Notes: generated from the letters alone by a model not told the origin. A stretch of 63,455 nt of DNA, filler included, from Globobulimina sp. (GCA_003354225.1; 16 parts of 16 records of this genome joined end to end with filler, not necessarily neighbours in it); one strand, 5' to 3'; shown: positions 25,185 through 37,964, counted from the first letter of the whole stretch. A program made the numbers and translations.

Positions 25185-25510
25185 TTTGAGTGATTCTGGT
25201 TTGTTCCGTGAAAAAAATAAGCTGTATTGCTAAAATCTGCGCTGGAGTGGTTTACTAACTAACATGTCGTTATCATCGTCGAATGGTAATAAGGTAAATG
25301 TGCTGATAGGTTCAATATTGAACAATACAGAAACACAAAATAAAATAAAATACATAGAGAGGAAAAAACCGATATCCTCGGCACAAAGGCAATATACCGT
25401 TACATGCAAAAAAACCGAATTCGAAAAAAGCAAATTTTAACCCGCAAGAACTATTATATAGCTTCTTCTGCAATGAATACAAATTTCATATAATAAACGC
25501 TATTAATAAC

Positions 25511-26812
25511 ATGAAAGAGCATTCATTCACAGCGGACATGATTTATGCAGAGATATCCTGCAAATTGAAAGAATCAGATAAATATAAGGAATATGGCGGC
25601 AATGAACATTTAATCAAGCACTCATTGCATAAATTGTTAAATCATTTTTGCAAAATTAAAGTTTTAGGCAAAAGTTTCTCAGTTTCTGCAAACTCGCAAA
25701 TATTTTGTATTGGTTTAAATTTTAAGAAATTTCTAAAACGATTACATGAAAAATTACTTTATTTAAACGAAATTCCACAAAATACGGTGGTTGGTAAAAT
25801 CAAAGAAAATAAATACGTTTTAAATGAGCCGACCACACCGTCCTCACCTTCATCGGCATCTGAATCTGAAGAAGAAGAGGAAGAAAAACAACAAATGCAA
25901 CCAAAAAAACAAGAAAAACGACAACGACAAGAACAAAAACATGAAAAACAACAAGGACGACAACAATATGGCCAACAAATAGAAGAAAAAACAGAAACAA
26001 AGCAGAGATTAAATATTTTATTATACGAAGAGAGGCACAAAATCCCGTCGGAATTTCAAGAGTCGTTGCTCAAAGTGATGAAAATGGTGAATATAATCAA
26101 TATAAATAACAACAACGGCACGACCTATTACAGATATTTTGGTGATCAGATTGAAGATTATAAATTGATCCAAGTGTCTCCCAATTATTTTGAGTATAAT
26201 TGCCATCAACATACGTTGATCTGCAGTGAGTGCGATTTTTCATTCACAATGTCGATTATAAATAAGCGCGGTGGCTTTGGCCAAGGTCTCTGTTCGACTT
26301 CGTATGAAGCCGCCTTTAAACAGCATTTGGCCAATTTTCAGTTTTGCATTGCTGCACAATGCAAAATATCATTTGAGATTGACGCCAAAGCATTGCATTT
26401 AACTGAAAAGCAATGGAATGATAGATATGGAGAGAAATTTGAGCGCATTTTATTTACATTCCCCAGGATTTTCAAACCTGAATGGACCAAAACTGACTAT
26501 AATCAGTATAATGCGACGTTAATACATGATTTACTAAAATCAGCAAAAAGGTATTTGAATCAAGATGGCGGTGAGATCCATATGATGCTTTTTAAGGAAC
26601 AGTTCAAACATTGGCGCGTCAATCACTCCTTAAACGAATTGGGATTGGAATTGTGTTTTTGGTGCATTTTAAATGAATGTTTATTGACAAAGCATTTCGT
26701 ACCATATAAACCAAGAGATTTGCATGGAACACCAATGACTTTTTGCAGCTTTGACATAATTTATTTATGCAGTTTTAAAATTCGCCCCGAGTGTACAGCG
26801 AATAATGTTTAA
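25511..26812 (+). CDS. Protein with a C-terminal DUF2431/Bmt5-6-like rRNA methyltransferase fold, degenerate
   Basis: ECDFSF, STSYE, IDAKAL, FERILFTFP, N..LI..LLKSA..L..GEIH, YKPR match the DUF2431 motif order; Q/E-rich N-terminal linker. Confidence 0.6.
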   Translation: MKEHSFTADMIYAEISCKLKESDKYKEYGGNEHLIKHSLHKLLNHFCKIKVLGKSFSVSANSQIFCIGLNFKKFLKRLHEKLLYLNEIPQNTVVGKIKENKYVLNEPTTPSSPSSASESEEEEEEKQQMQPKKQEKRQRQEQKHEKQQGRQQYGQQIEEKTETKQRLNILLYEERHKIPSEFQESLLKVMKMVNIININNNNGTTYYRYFGDQIEDYKLIQVSPNYFEYNCHQHTLICSECDFSFTMSIINKRGGFGQGLCSTSYEAAFKQHLANFQFCIAAQCKISFEIDAKALHLTEKQWNDRYGEKFERILFTFPRIFKPEWTKTDYNQYNATLIHDLLKSAKRYLNQDGGEIHMMLFKEQFKHWRVNHSLNELGLELCFWCILNECLLTKHFVPYKPRDLHGTPMTFCSFDIIYLCSFKIRPECTANNV

Positions 26813-27820
26813 ATATATATAAAGACTTTTATTACTTACTTACTTATCAAAGATGTAGAATGTTAATTAATATTTTATGCTGATTAGGATGGTGAAAATA
26901 TTGATGATTAGGAGTTATAGCAAAAATATATTAATACGTATACGTTTTTGTATAGATACAAAGAGAAATTATAGCGGAGAAATTAATGAGATCCTGGACA
27001 CGAACCAGATCAAGTCATTCAAAATCAGGTTTTATAATTGTTTTACCACGGATATAAATGTGAGATAATATGCTATATCTCCAGCGAGACTCTGTTAACT
27101 GCGACCTTATATGGACAGAAATAACGGAGTTGTACCAACCATGATTTTGAATGACTTTATCTGGACATATCTGTAGTGGTTATACTTTATCTGGACATAT
27201 CTGGTTTATTTGCCCAGGATCTCACTAAAATGTATTTTTGCACTAATTCCACCATCGTAATCAGCACATCATATCTTCTGCAATCTGCATATGTAATATA
27301 ACTAAACATAAACTAAACTACGTGCATGATGCAAGTGGCTAATATAAAGTGGCTGTAATGTGAATGCTCGTAATGATTATTCAGCAAATAATTATATATG
27401 TAAAACTTTTTGCTGGCGAATCCAAGTTATCGTAAAGTTGTAATATAAGTGATTAAAAACTCTGACCACAGGATTAATTAATTACCGTTTTTTGCGTGGT
27501 CGGATTAATCCTGCCAACTGCTTTAATCTTAGTAAATAGTAAACTCAGTTCGAATTAACTTACTTCTTGATACAGTGCAGTTTATTTGTAATAAAAACAA
27601 TAAAATACCCTTTCAAAAGGTTCTAAACACGATAAACAAACAAACAAATAAGAAAACAATGAAAACCGAACAATAGAAGCAGGTGCGTAGATTGCTTGAT
27701 AACGATCAAGTGCATGATTCNNNNNNNNNNNNNNNNNNNNNNNNNNNNNNNNNNNNNNNNNNNNTTAATTAATTAANNNNNNNNNNNNNNNNNNNNNNNN
27801 NNNNNNNNNNNNNNNNNNNN

Positions 27821-30453
27821 GGAATTTTCGACAACTTTTTATCATCATTAATAATGGTAACAATGGAGTCCGATGGGATGCAAATCAAATTCGTTCTTTT
27901 CACCAGAGTCAAAAACAACTCATTAATCCTCTCGATATGAAATTGTTTAACCGTATCTTGGTATTTTTTCGCATCGTTTACTAATATCATAGCACCTGTA
28001 TTATTATAATAAAAGTCTTTAAAATGTTGAATAATATTATAATATAATCTGGTTCCTAAACATAGAAAAAACCGATCCAAATTCCTTCCATCCAAACATA
28101 TCAGGGATCGGCCTCGAAATTGATCAATAAATTGGCACGCCGAGATACAAGCTTTTGTCGCAGATAAATTGGTAATATCATCTTGTTTCGGTTTAAAATC
28201 TGATTTTTGTTGTTCTTTTTTCAAGATTGTCTCAATAATATTCAAACCCGATGACAATAAATCTTTTAATCCGCACAAAATATCTGCCTCAAATAGACAA
28301 TATATCTGATTCTTGTCTTCCTTACAAATGGAATATTCAAATGTATCCGTTATCGATGGAGCTACATCATTCAAAAAGCACTGCTCTACCAACTGCAAGG
28401 CACTATTTGTGTGATGCACCGCCTCTAAAAAGTACCAATGAGTGATATTCTTACTGCCCTTTTTGGGCAAAGTCTCCTTACAAATCGGTATCAATGTCTT
28501 TCGAAATAACATATCGATGGCATCCAAATAGATCAAAAATATCTTATGAATATTGCCAGATAACTCTGTCGCTTTACTGATATTAATACAGCGCTTCAAC
28601 GACACGGACACTTTCTTTTTAATGGTAGCCACACATTCATTGATCCCAAACTGGAACACATTCCTCAATCTGGCCATCATTTCCTCGAACTCCTTGGACG
28701 ACATCGACTTCGGTAGCATTTTCTTCATAGTTTTCAACTTCTTTTCCGAATAATTGCGTGTCTGTTGCATGATCTGTTTGGTGAGTTTGCGTCCACTGTT
28801 TATAGGAGTTCTCGACTTCAAAGCAGACAAAAAATTCACTTGTCTGTTTTCATCAATACTCATCTCAAACGCTGACAGTTCGTCATCCTCCACAGTAATA
28901 TTCACAGCGCCTCTTTTCATTTCACCCTCAGCCTCATACTCATCATCGGACAAATCGTGATGCTCCAATTTCAAAGCTTCAATCACGTGCAACTTAATCA
29001 ATTCTTTCAATCCATTCTTAAGATGCTTCATTTCCAATTTTAAATAGTTTGACTGATGTTTCCCAAACACAATGGATAACAATTTGTCCTCTTCCAGTAT
29101 ATGTCCAATGGAGTACAGCTTTGACCTTTTATCGTGATTCAAATCGTTGTCGTCGGCTGAAGTGAACACGATTTCTAATAACTTTGTTTTCAAATCCTTT
29201 AATAAGTTATTTGTGTGTTTATACACAATATCAATAATCGATAAGTATTCGTCCAATTCCTTTTTGCTTAATCTATTCACGTTGCCGCCGTTGGATGTTT
29301 CTGTGATTGACTGTAAATTTGCTTCGCGAAAACCACTGCTTCTCTGCATGGACACATCCGGTGTTAACGAGTCAAAACCAGCCAAGTCGTCCAATACATT
29401 GCCTACCAACATGGGCTGCGTCGCATTCATTAAATAGTTTAAGATCTGGTCGGTGAATGCGCCGATAATTAAGTCTTTTATCACTAATTCTGGTTTGGGG
29501 AAGACTTTGTTTATTGATTTGATCGCGGTCTCCATGACACGCGATAAGTCGTACATAAATTCAACGATTGTTTTAGCGACATCAGAGTAAGAGGTCGATG
29601 CATAACGATGGAAGTCTACGTCGCGCAAATATAAGTTTAAAAATTCCGCAAAAGCTTCTTTATCATTAAATTCATCCAAAATTGTGGCACATTGCGTCAT
29701 CTCTATATAATTATCTTCTCTCTTAGCTATTTATTAGCATTTATATGTCACAGAGGTTGTGCAAGGATATGATTTATATAAAATACCTTGATATGCTCTG
29801 ATAAACTCCTCTTTTAAATTTAATTTGATTCTATTGGCAATATTTGTGATTTCATCCCTTGCGTTTTGCGTTTCTGGCAAAGTTAAATCGGTTCCAATCT
29901 CATGTAATTTAATGATTAATTTTGCAGCTTTATATAAGTCATCACCAGATTCAGCAAAAAACATCGGATCTATTTGTCTGTATTTCTTAGGTTTGTTAAA
30001 ACTCAAAAAATGTTCAATTAATTCTTCAGAATCCAATATTTGTTGTCGTTTTTCTTCGACATTTTCTAAGCGATCACCGATTCTGATGGCAGTCTGCGAG
30101 ACTTTACTTATGCCACCATCCAATATACGAAAATCATGCATTATTTTCTGTAAATCGGTCATAAAACCACTTAATTGTGATTTATAATTTGCTTCGTCTT
30201 GCTTAGAGATTGCGGATTCTTTTCCAATTTCAACGTCGACATCATTTCGTAATAAACGTATTTGGTCGATGGCATTCTCAAATTTTAATAAATATGGTCG
30301 TGGAATAAATCCTTTTCGATTGTTTTGATTGTTTTCTTGTTGTTGTTGTTTAAGATCTACGGAGGCTGTTAATTTTTCAATTAAATCTTGTGGCACAAAG
30401 TCATTCTTACCGTCATGCGGTGCAAAATCAGACTGCCTGATGGTTCGTGCCAT
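27821..30453 (-). CDS. SEC10: Exocyst complex component Sec10, 3' partial
   Basis: LDGGISKVSQTAIRIGDRLE, EQQKSDFKP, LDGRNL, GAMILVND; 60-nt intron 29727-29786 joins the ORFs in frame. Confidence 0.9.
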
Positions 30454-30478
30454 GATAAAAAAGCAACTTATGCAAGAC

Positions 30479-31079
30479 TCAAAGATCTAAATTATCTTCA
30501 ATCAAATGAGTAGGGATATCCTTATCTATATATTTGACAGATATTGAGTTTACACAATGTCTTTGATCACTTCTTGATTTACCAGATGTATCAAAACCTT
30601 CTCCTAAGAATACATGACCAAGATGTCCATCACATTTATTGCACAGAATTTCTATTCTCCAGCCATCGGAATCACGTTCTGCTTTAACAGAATCTTTGAA
30701 ACATTTATCAAATGCTGGCCAACCGCAACTGTTACAAAATTTTAAAAATCAATGACAATGAACCACAAATAGATATATACCCAGATTCGAATTTTGATTT
30801 AAAAGAATACAATGCATTGTCACATCCACGACAAACAAAATAACCACTCTTTGGTTTGAGTGAATTGTACTCGCCAGTTCCCGGGAATTCTGTTCCTTTG
30901 TTCCTTAACACATGGTATTGTTGAGCAGTAAGTCTCTCTTTCCATTCTTGTGGTGATAACAACACTTTGTCATTGGGATTTGTCCATTCATACCGGACTT
31001 GAAAGTATGTAGGTTTGGGCATGCTTACTCTTGATAGATGGTTGATGAATTTAGACAGTCGTCTGCTTGTTACAGGCAT
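30479..31079 (-). CDS. msrB: Methionine-R-sulfoxide reductase B (Cys form), two exons
   Basis: QYHVLRNKGTE; CRGC; 52-nt intron 30729-30780 gives KFESGCGWPAF; CNKCDGHLGHVF; RHCVNS; TGA stop at 30479-30481. Confidence 0.95.
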
Positions 31080-31143
31080 GATTTAAGTTGGATTATCTTT
31101 AATTTTTAAAAAACATTGCAGTCAAAAAACAAGTTGAAAAACA

Positions 31144-31692
31144 ATGCTGCGGAAGGTATCATTTCGTCTAAAGCCATCAGATGTATCTAATAGAGACAGA
31201 ATTTATTCTGGTTATCTATTCAAACAAGGCTCTAATTTTAGTAAAAAATTTCTAAAGCGATACTTTGTACTATTTGAAGGCAAGGTGTTGGCATATTATT
31301 CATCGCAAAATAACACCAAAGAACCAAAAGGAGAGGTGAATCTATCCCATGTTATTAGCGTCGGTGAATCGGACGTAAAAGTAAATGATGATAATATTTA
31401 TCAAAATGTGTTTCAAATCACAACAAAAGACAGAATCTACATATTATCCGCGCCGGATATCAAATCAATGAACGCGTGGATCGATCTAATTCGTTCCTGC
31501 GTATTTGGTACAAAAATCCACGAAGGATGGATGACAAAGCAAGGCGATTTTGTTAAATCGTGGAAGCGCAGATATTTTGTATTGACCTCCACCAAATTAC
31601 TTCGTTATTTTGAAGATGAACAGCAAACAAAATTTAAAGGCATTATAAATGTGCAACAAATCCAATCCATCAAAGAAGGTGATGCTGTTGCA
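31144..31692 (+). CDS. Tandem PH-domain protein, 3' partial
   Basis: GYLFKQG..FLKRYFVL...W and GWMTKQG..SWKRRYFVL. Confidence 0.9.
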
Positions 31693-31856
31693 NNNNNNNN
31701 NNNNNNNNNNNNNNNNNNNNNNNNNNNNNNNNNNNNTTAATTAATTAANNNNNNNNNNNNNNNNNNNNNNNNNNNNNNNNNNNNNNNNNNNNCACACTGC
31801 AATCAAGAAAAAGTTACAAATCTAAATTTCAAATACAAATCTACAAAAGTATCAAA

Positions 31857-34232
31857 ATGACAAATATTGAGCAACAAATTACAACGCTCGACCCTACATC
31901 AATAACAACCCCTATTAATACTCATTATCAATATCAAATAACTGGCACTATAAACACTAATCTGCATCAAAAATGTATCACAATAAATAAGCCAGCACCT
32001 CCTCCTTACCATACGTATGATATTCAAAGAGCAATCACAACAAAACACATACAGCCGACGTTAGTAAGAACAGCAAATCAAACAGCATGGATTACTGCTT
32101 TGTATCTATTCGGAGTTGCAATCCTTGCCAGTCACCACTATCACATTGATGTGCTTGATCCAACAATCTTAAATCATAAATTTGTACTTTCTGTGTTTGT
32201 CTATTACCTTTCCAACATCTCTTGGAAGTTTATATATATTGTGTGTTTTCCCTATTTAACTAATAATAATATCAAATGTGATATAACTCATTGCGAGATA
32301 CTACCACTACACCGTCAGTACACGTTTCTAATAAAGACTTACTTACTTGCACTAAAAATAAACACTTTCATCAAACAATCAAAAACAATCTTTCTTTCAT
32401 TTCATCCCTTTCCTTATTATACCTATTCCTCACAACCCCATAAATTTAGATGTCGACAGATGAAAAAAAAGGTAAATATACTAAAATATACATTTATAAA
32501 TACGATTAAACAACACTGCACACTTTCAGATAATTTTGACGAATATACATTTGGCGATGATGACAGTGCATCGCAAATCCCCTTCCCTACAAAACCAAAA
32601 AATTCCCTAAAACGTACGCATACTCAATCACAACAACCAGCGGATGCCCCCACACATGAAACGAAAATAAGACATTTTTCAATACAGAATCCGTCTGTGC
32701 ATGCTCCGCGTTTACAATATATCAAAGGTATACAAAGCATCCCTGAAAAGGCAGAATCTGTCCGTATTAAATGTGTAACCAAGGTGATACCAAATAAAAT
32801 CACCACGTTCAGAGATTTTAATGCATTGAATTTGGTGTTTGATCAAACCAAATTAACATACAAAGCACCACCTTTATTGACAACAGCCACCACAGTGTCC
32901 AGCCAGATCGATCGCAGCAAGAAATTAATAGTAAAATTTGAGAATTTCCAATTTAACAATACGCTCAAATGGGTACACCGCGCCAACAAATACCATCAAC
33001 AAATGGGCTTAACAGTGAGTCCGCGCATAATCTTTGATAAAATTTATATTAACAGCAGAATTGAAGACAATTTATGGATACGTAAAGAGGCTGACTTTAT
33101 GATACAATTAGCCGACGCCCAAATTAGTAAATCGAGACAAGAATTGCAGCCGAGATTGCCGCCGCTCTCCGTATCATTAGATTGTACCATTTATGTACAT
33201 ATGTCATATGTCGTAGCGTTCTATAACTCAATCAAGAATATCACCGGCAACACAGACGGCATTTTAGCGTATATTGCAGCTCAACATGGCGATGCAAGCA
33301 AAACCGGTGCTGGTTATCATTATGAGTCTACAAACACGGCGTTGTTGAAATATATTACGAACGTTGTTGGGAAAAAGTTGCCGTTGCAGTATGATGTGCA
33401 TCTTTACGGGATGATTGCGAACGTATTGGGATATTAATGGGATTATATATTACGGGATGATTGCGAACGTATTGGGAGTATATATATTAATGGGATGATT
33501 GCGAACGTATTGGAAACATATACCGACGATATTGTCAAACGAGCGGCCATGTCATTGAACAAAGCGTCAAATTGTTATTATTGTCCGTCCATTTTTTGTG
33601 CCAATCCCGGTAAATGCGAGCGATTCGATGCCATATTAATTGAAGCAAAAAAGAATAAACAATACGAAATGGTCCAAAATCAGACGGCCAAAGTGGTAAT
33701 GGATAAAGTCCTGAAGAATATGAAGAGAGTACGTATTCAATCGAAATGCGGACACCTATCAAATAAATGTGATGGCTGCGATTCTGTACGACCCCAATTA
33801 GAGGATGGCTATAAAGGCGTGCCTTTTAATGGTAATGCCCCCAACGAACAAACCCTGACAATGTACTATCATTCGTATGCATTGGCGTCTATTAAAGAAT
33901 TGAATATCAACGGCAACGCTGTCAAATGGGATGAAATGTCGACAATGGACCAATTGGCATTCTCCGTTAATAAATATATCAAACAGCAATTCAAAGATAA
34001 TGATGTGTCGCATTTGCTATTTAATAAAGTATTATTTGTAAATGAGAATAAAGAATTAACAGTAAACCACGATGTCTTAAACGTAATGATTGCAAAACAA
34101 ACAGAAGGAATGAACCTTTCTAATAAATATCAGGTGCAACAAACTTACAGCATCTCCGAGAACGCGGCCAAAGACAATACGAATAATTCGAACAATAAGA
34201 ATAATGCTGACAACACAAACGATTCTCAATGA
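31857..34232 (+). pseudogene. ORF1-like gene split into 31857-33437 and 33495-34232 by an 84-nt duplication containing a stop
   Basis: First part ends GMIANVLGY-stop and second begins MIANVLETY in the same frame; Cys clusters CYYC..C..C and CGH..CDGC. Confidence 0.6.
33408..33513 (+). repeat. Three copies of the 22-mer GGGATGATTGCGAACGTATTGG
   Basis: Copies at 33408, 33454 and 33492, separated by AT-rich filler related to neighbouring sequence. Confidence 0.95.
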
Positions 34233-35664
34233 TCTTCAGCGGCAACAACAATGGCTATGTGAATAGCCCAATCGTCATAAATCAAACCTTAATCCTTCCC
34301 TTTCTAATACCTATTTTTTCTTTTTATAACTATTTTAATATCTTTCCTGCCATTTATTCCTTATTTTATACACCCATTTTTCTTATTTTTCTCTCATACC
34401 ATGCTGCTTTGTGTTTGCTTGCAATGTCTTTATCCATCGCTCTTTATACTAATAACTTGGTGAATAAACGAATTAGTTTATTCATGCAATGTGATAGTAT
34501 GCAAATCCGTTTTAATTTTAAATCCAAACCACTTGCATTCAGACCAAAATACCACACAAAAAATGGCCCCAAAAGTCACGGTACCACCATACAATTCGCA
34601 GCCAAACAAAAACATAATAGCTCTCAGACTGCAACCAAACAGTTAAACCGCTATTTTGTAATCAAAAAATCCACCCATTCAGTCCATAATTACCATAACC
34701 ATTACCGACACCTAATCAAAACCAAATGCATCTCCGGTTACATGATTAGTACAAAGAAACATAAACACACGCAGGAGCTCTATAAATTCATTGAAAAACA
34801 TCAATATCGACTGCGTAAATTCTATCGATACATTAAAATTGTGATGGATAAATCACTCAGATGGATAACGCTGCGTATGCCCCAACATCGGTATCATCCA
34901 ATAAAGTATTACATCACCAGCCAATTTCCGAAACAAATTAAGCTACGTTTTAAGAAGATACCATTTAACAATGAAACTGTGGAAAAGACAGCTTACCAAC
35001 AGCTGCATGCTTTTAGTAAGAGCCCGAGTAACATTTTGAAACTTCACGCATTTATCTTAAAAAACAGCTATGTTGTAAACGAACCAATATTGCAGCAGTC
35101 AGTACGGCACAACAAGTACCACATAAAATGGTTTATTCCGCCTGATAAAAACGCAAAAGCAATACAAAATCATTGGGAAGCAACACATTTTGAATTAAAT
35201 ATGAAATTGTATACACTAAACAGAGACAATTGGATCAATAATCAAAAAAACAATGCCATAATATCACTAAATCACATTTATAAACACGCAATCAATAAAT
35301 ACCAAACACACAACATACAATTAAATCGGTATAAAGACTACTTAGTAAACAAAACTATACAGCAACACACAGACAATAAGCAGAATAATGCGAAGGATAT
35401 CTCCCAAATAATCCTGAAATATCCATTTATGCAGATCTATGATCCCAACATCACACCATTCACCACTACTGCGATAAAAATAAAACAACTAAAAATTGGC
35501 TTTTTGAACATCAATGGCAAGGCTAAAACGAAGATTAACCAGCTGCACCCATACATGCAGCAACTCGTAATTCACCATAAATTGGATATCATTCTCTTAA
35601 TTGACACGCGAAGGGTTCACAGACCGGATTGGAGCTTGCCAGGATACAAATTAATTGTCCATAA
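34229..35664 (+). CDS. ORF2-like protein: hydrophobic N-terminus, ~420-aa extension, start of APE endonuclease; 3' partial
   Basis: ATGA start/stop overlap with the upstream ORF at 34229-34232; APE motifs begin at ~35492. Confidence 0.6.
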
Positions 35665-35831
35665 NNNNNNNNNNNNNNNNNNNNNNNNNNNNNNNNNNNN
35701 NNNNNNNNTTAATTAATTAANNNNNNNNNNNNNNNNNNNNNNNNNNNNNNNNNNNNNNNNNNNNTTTTGTTTTGATATTTGCATTACAACGATTACCTAT
35801 GTGATATCACTGACATATTATATAAACAAAA

Positions 35832-36323
35832 GGGAAAAGTACGTTAACTCAATATTATGATTATACGAATAAGCGAATGCGATATGACCGAGGAGATGGT
35901 CAAACTGATTATTTCTGTGAAATGAATGAAAAACAAAAAATTGCCTGTTCATTATATTTTGATTCATCCGGTGCTATGTTTGTTAATTATCCATCAACAA
36001 ATTATTGTTGTCAATTATGCCCAGTTGGAGAGCATTGCTCTGTGCTTTTACCAGATTGGTTGAAAAATGGTAAATATGACGGACAACAAAATATTGCAGG
36101 GCGGCAATGTGATGTTTGGGAAAAAAAAGGTGCCATTACAGCCGATCATTGGTCTCAAGATAGTAATAACGTTCCCTGTGCATATTGGGAGATGTATGGC
36201 ACTTCAATGTCACAACAAAATAATTACACCGCTGCTTCATATAAAGTTGGCGAACCAGCTCCTTCATTGTTCGTTTTACCGTCGCAATCATGTCATACTG
36301 TGTGTCCAAAAACATTATATTAA
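35832..36323 (+). CDS. Cys-rich, probably secreted or lysosomal protein (ependymin-related/At4g14100-like pattern), 5' partial
   Basis: YYDY..RYD...CC..C..C..L.PDWL..G.Y.G...CDVW...P...F.LP..C pattern. Confidence 0.45.
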   Translation, partial: GKSTLTQYYDYTNKRMRYDRGDGQTDYFCEMNEKQKIACSLYFDSSGAMFVNYPSTNYCCQLCPVGEHCSVLLPDWLKNGKYDGQQNIAGRQCDVWEKKGAITADHWSQDSNNVPCAYWEMYGTSMSQQNNYTAASYKVGEPAPSLFVLPSQSCHTVCPKTLY

Positions 36324-36369
36324 CATTGTGACCTTATACTACTAAAACTCATAAATAATTCTAAACAGT

Positions 36370-36612
36370 CTCAACGATATATTCCAAAAGATAACCCCCC
36401 CCCTGGTCGATAAGTTGTATACATTTAATTCAATTATCTGAGAAACGCTTTGCAAATCCAGAAACGGTTTGCTATAGGTTTGTATTTGGTTTGTTCTGTG
36501 TTTGTTATAACTTTGTTTTGGGTTTGCAAATCCAGAACAAAGTCAGAACAAATTTATAATTGAATTTTCGGTATACAAAGGGGGGGGTTATCTTTTAGAA
36601 TATATCGTTTAG
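36370..36612. mobile_element. MITE-like element of ~240 bp with ~30-bp terminal inverted repeats
   Basis: AACGATATATTCCAAAAGATAACCCCCCCC (36373-36402) versus GGGGGGGGTTATCTTTTAGAATATATCGTT (36580-36609), one mismatch; non-coding interior with TTTGCAAATCCAGAA twice; no clear TSD. Confidence 0.7.
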
Positions 36613-37818
36613 GGTATGAGAGGTCAAATTTACTGAAGAGAGTCTCATAATTAATGATAATTTTGTCTTGCCGCTTCGTATAAGATGTAATCCATTATAA
36701 ATTGGTCCAACATGATGTTTTTGTGCATAGTTAATCCATCCAATTATTGTAAACCATAATTCCGATAATGTCTTACTCTGTGGAAATCGTTTGGTGCCTA
36801 AATAATAAAATATGCCCGCCAACCATGTCCAGTTTACAATTTCCAAAGATAATACACTTGCAATCACTGCACAAATCCACCCAAATGTCAGCAGAAAAAA
36901 TGCGCCAATACCATAGCAAAGCTGTGCTAAAAAACCATCGCTGTCATGATCGTGAATGGCTTCATATAATAAAAGTTGATGGAATGAAACCGAAATTAAA
37001 GCAATCGCAGGAAATTCCATTATGACTAATTTGAACAACCAGACATTTCTTATAGTAACAAATGCGTCCAATAATTCATCATTTGTTGGTTCATAAAATA
37101 CCCAAGAAACAGTAAAAAATATACCAAAGAAATCGGTGACTGCACAGAGCCAATTAAAAAACAATTGTTTTAATGTGATTGCTGTGCCAATGCTCAATAT
37201 AAATGATTTAGATGCCACACTTAATAAAGATATTAATATGGATATTATTGAAACAATATTTGCTTCGTTATATACCACACAATATGTCATTTGTAATATT
37301 GCCTGCGGCAATGCTGTTTATTATTAAATATTAAATATAGAATTTAATAATGTGTGTTATGTCCATCATACATTGGCAGAGTACGTACCTTCCACACAAG
37401 CTTCTACAATGAAGCCCAAATGTTTATTAATTTTGGACAGCATAAATGTTTTTAATTTTGATAAATCCGGAGGTACTCCTTTGTCCTTAAATGAAATGTT
37501 ATAACAACAAGTACTCTCAATAAATGCTGCAACTTTGCCACTGGAATTATCCGCAAAGTAAAATATAAACGGTAAGAATGGTGATATTGGCAGCAAGGCA
37601 AAAAATAGTTGGATCGTTGTTGTAACTTCATATTCGTTGGAATATTTAACAATGAATGCAATGTCATATGCTATTAGCGCCAAACATAAGATAGTTAGTG
37701 ATATTCCAAAAAATTCCCACCTTTCATTCAAATAGAATTCAGCACAGACAATAATATCTGTTGATACATCCAGTATACTAATTGTAACTGCTAAAATGTC
37801 ATACAATGCAGCAAACAT
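36595..37818 (-). CDS. XK-related multi-pass membrane protein, two exons, stop codon inside the MITE TIR
   Basis: LDVSTDIIV; splicing of the ~37314-37388 intron gives EALPQAILQ; many TM helices. Confidence 0.65.
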
Positions 37819-37964
37819 CGTCGATGTAGGGATAAGAGATTTGTCAAGGTCTGTAGGCCATGATGCAGTGAGCTAGGTTTTTTTTTCAAAGAGAATGGGG
37901 GAACGAACCAGTAAACAACACAATGCAGTGTTTGTGAAGCCGTCTATTCAACCTTTAAAATTTG

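Larger units (their letters stand above)
31793..35664 (+). mobile_element. Probable APE-type non-LTR retrotransposon, 5' portion (RT not on this contig)
   Basis: Intronless, A/C-skewed, tightly packed ORFs; the last ORF ends in the APE/EEP N-terminal motifs KIGFLNING and LDIILLIDTR...LPGY. Confidence 0.65.

Noticed and set aside
30479-30570. Selenocysteine MsrB
   Set aside because: The catalytic motif is RHCVNS with TGT; the TGA is at the normal C-terminus.
33408-33513. Mini CRISPR array
   Set aside because: Only three 22-nt copies, spacers of 24 and 16 nt made of local sequence, repeat is part of a coding frame, no cas genes.
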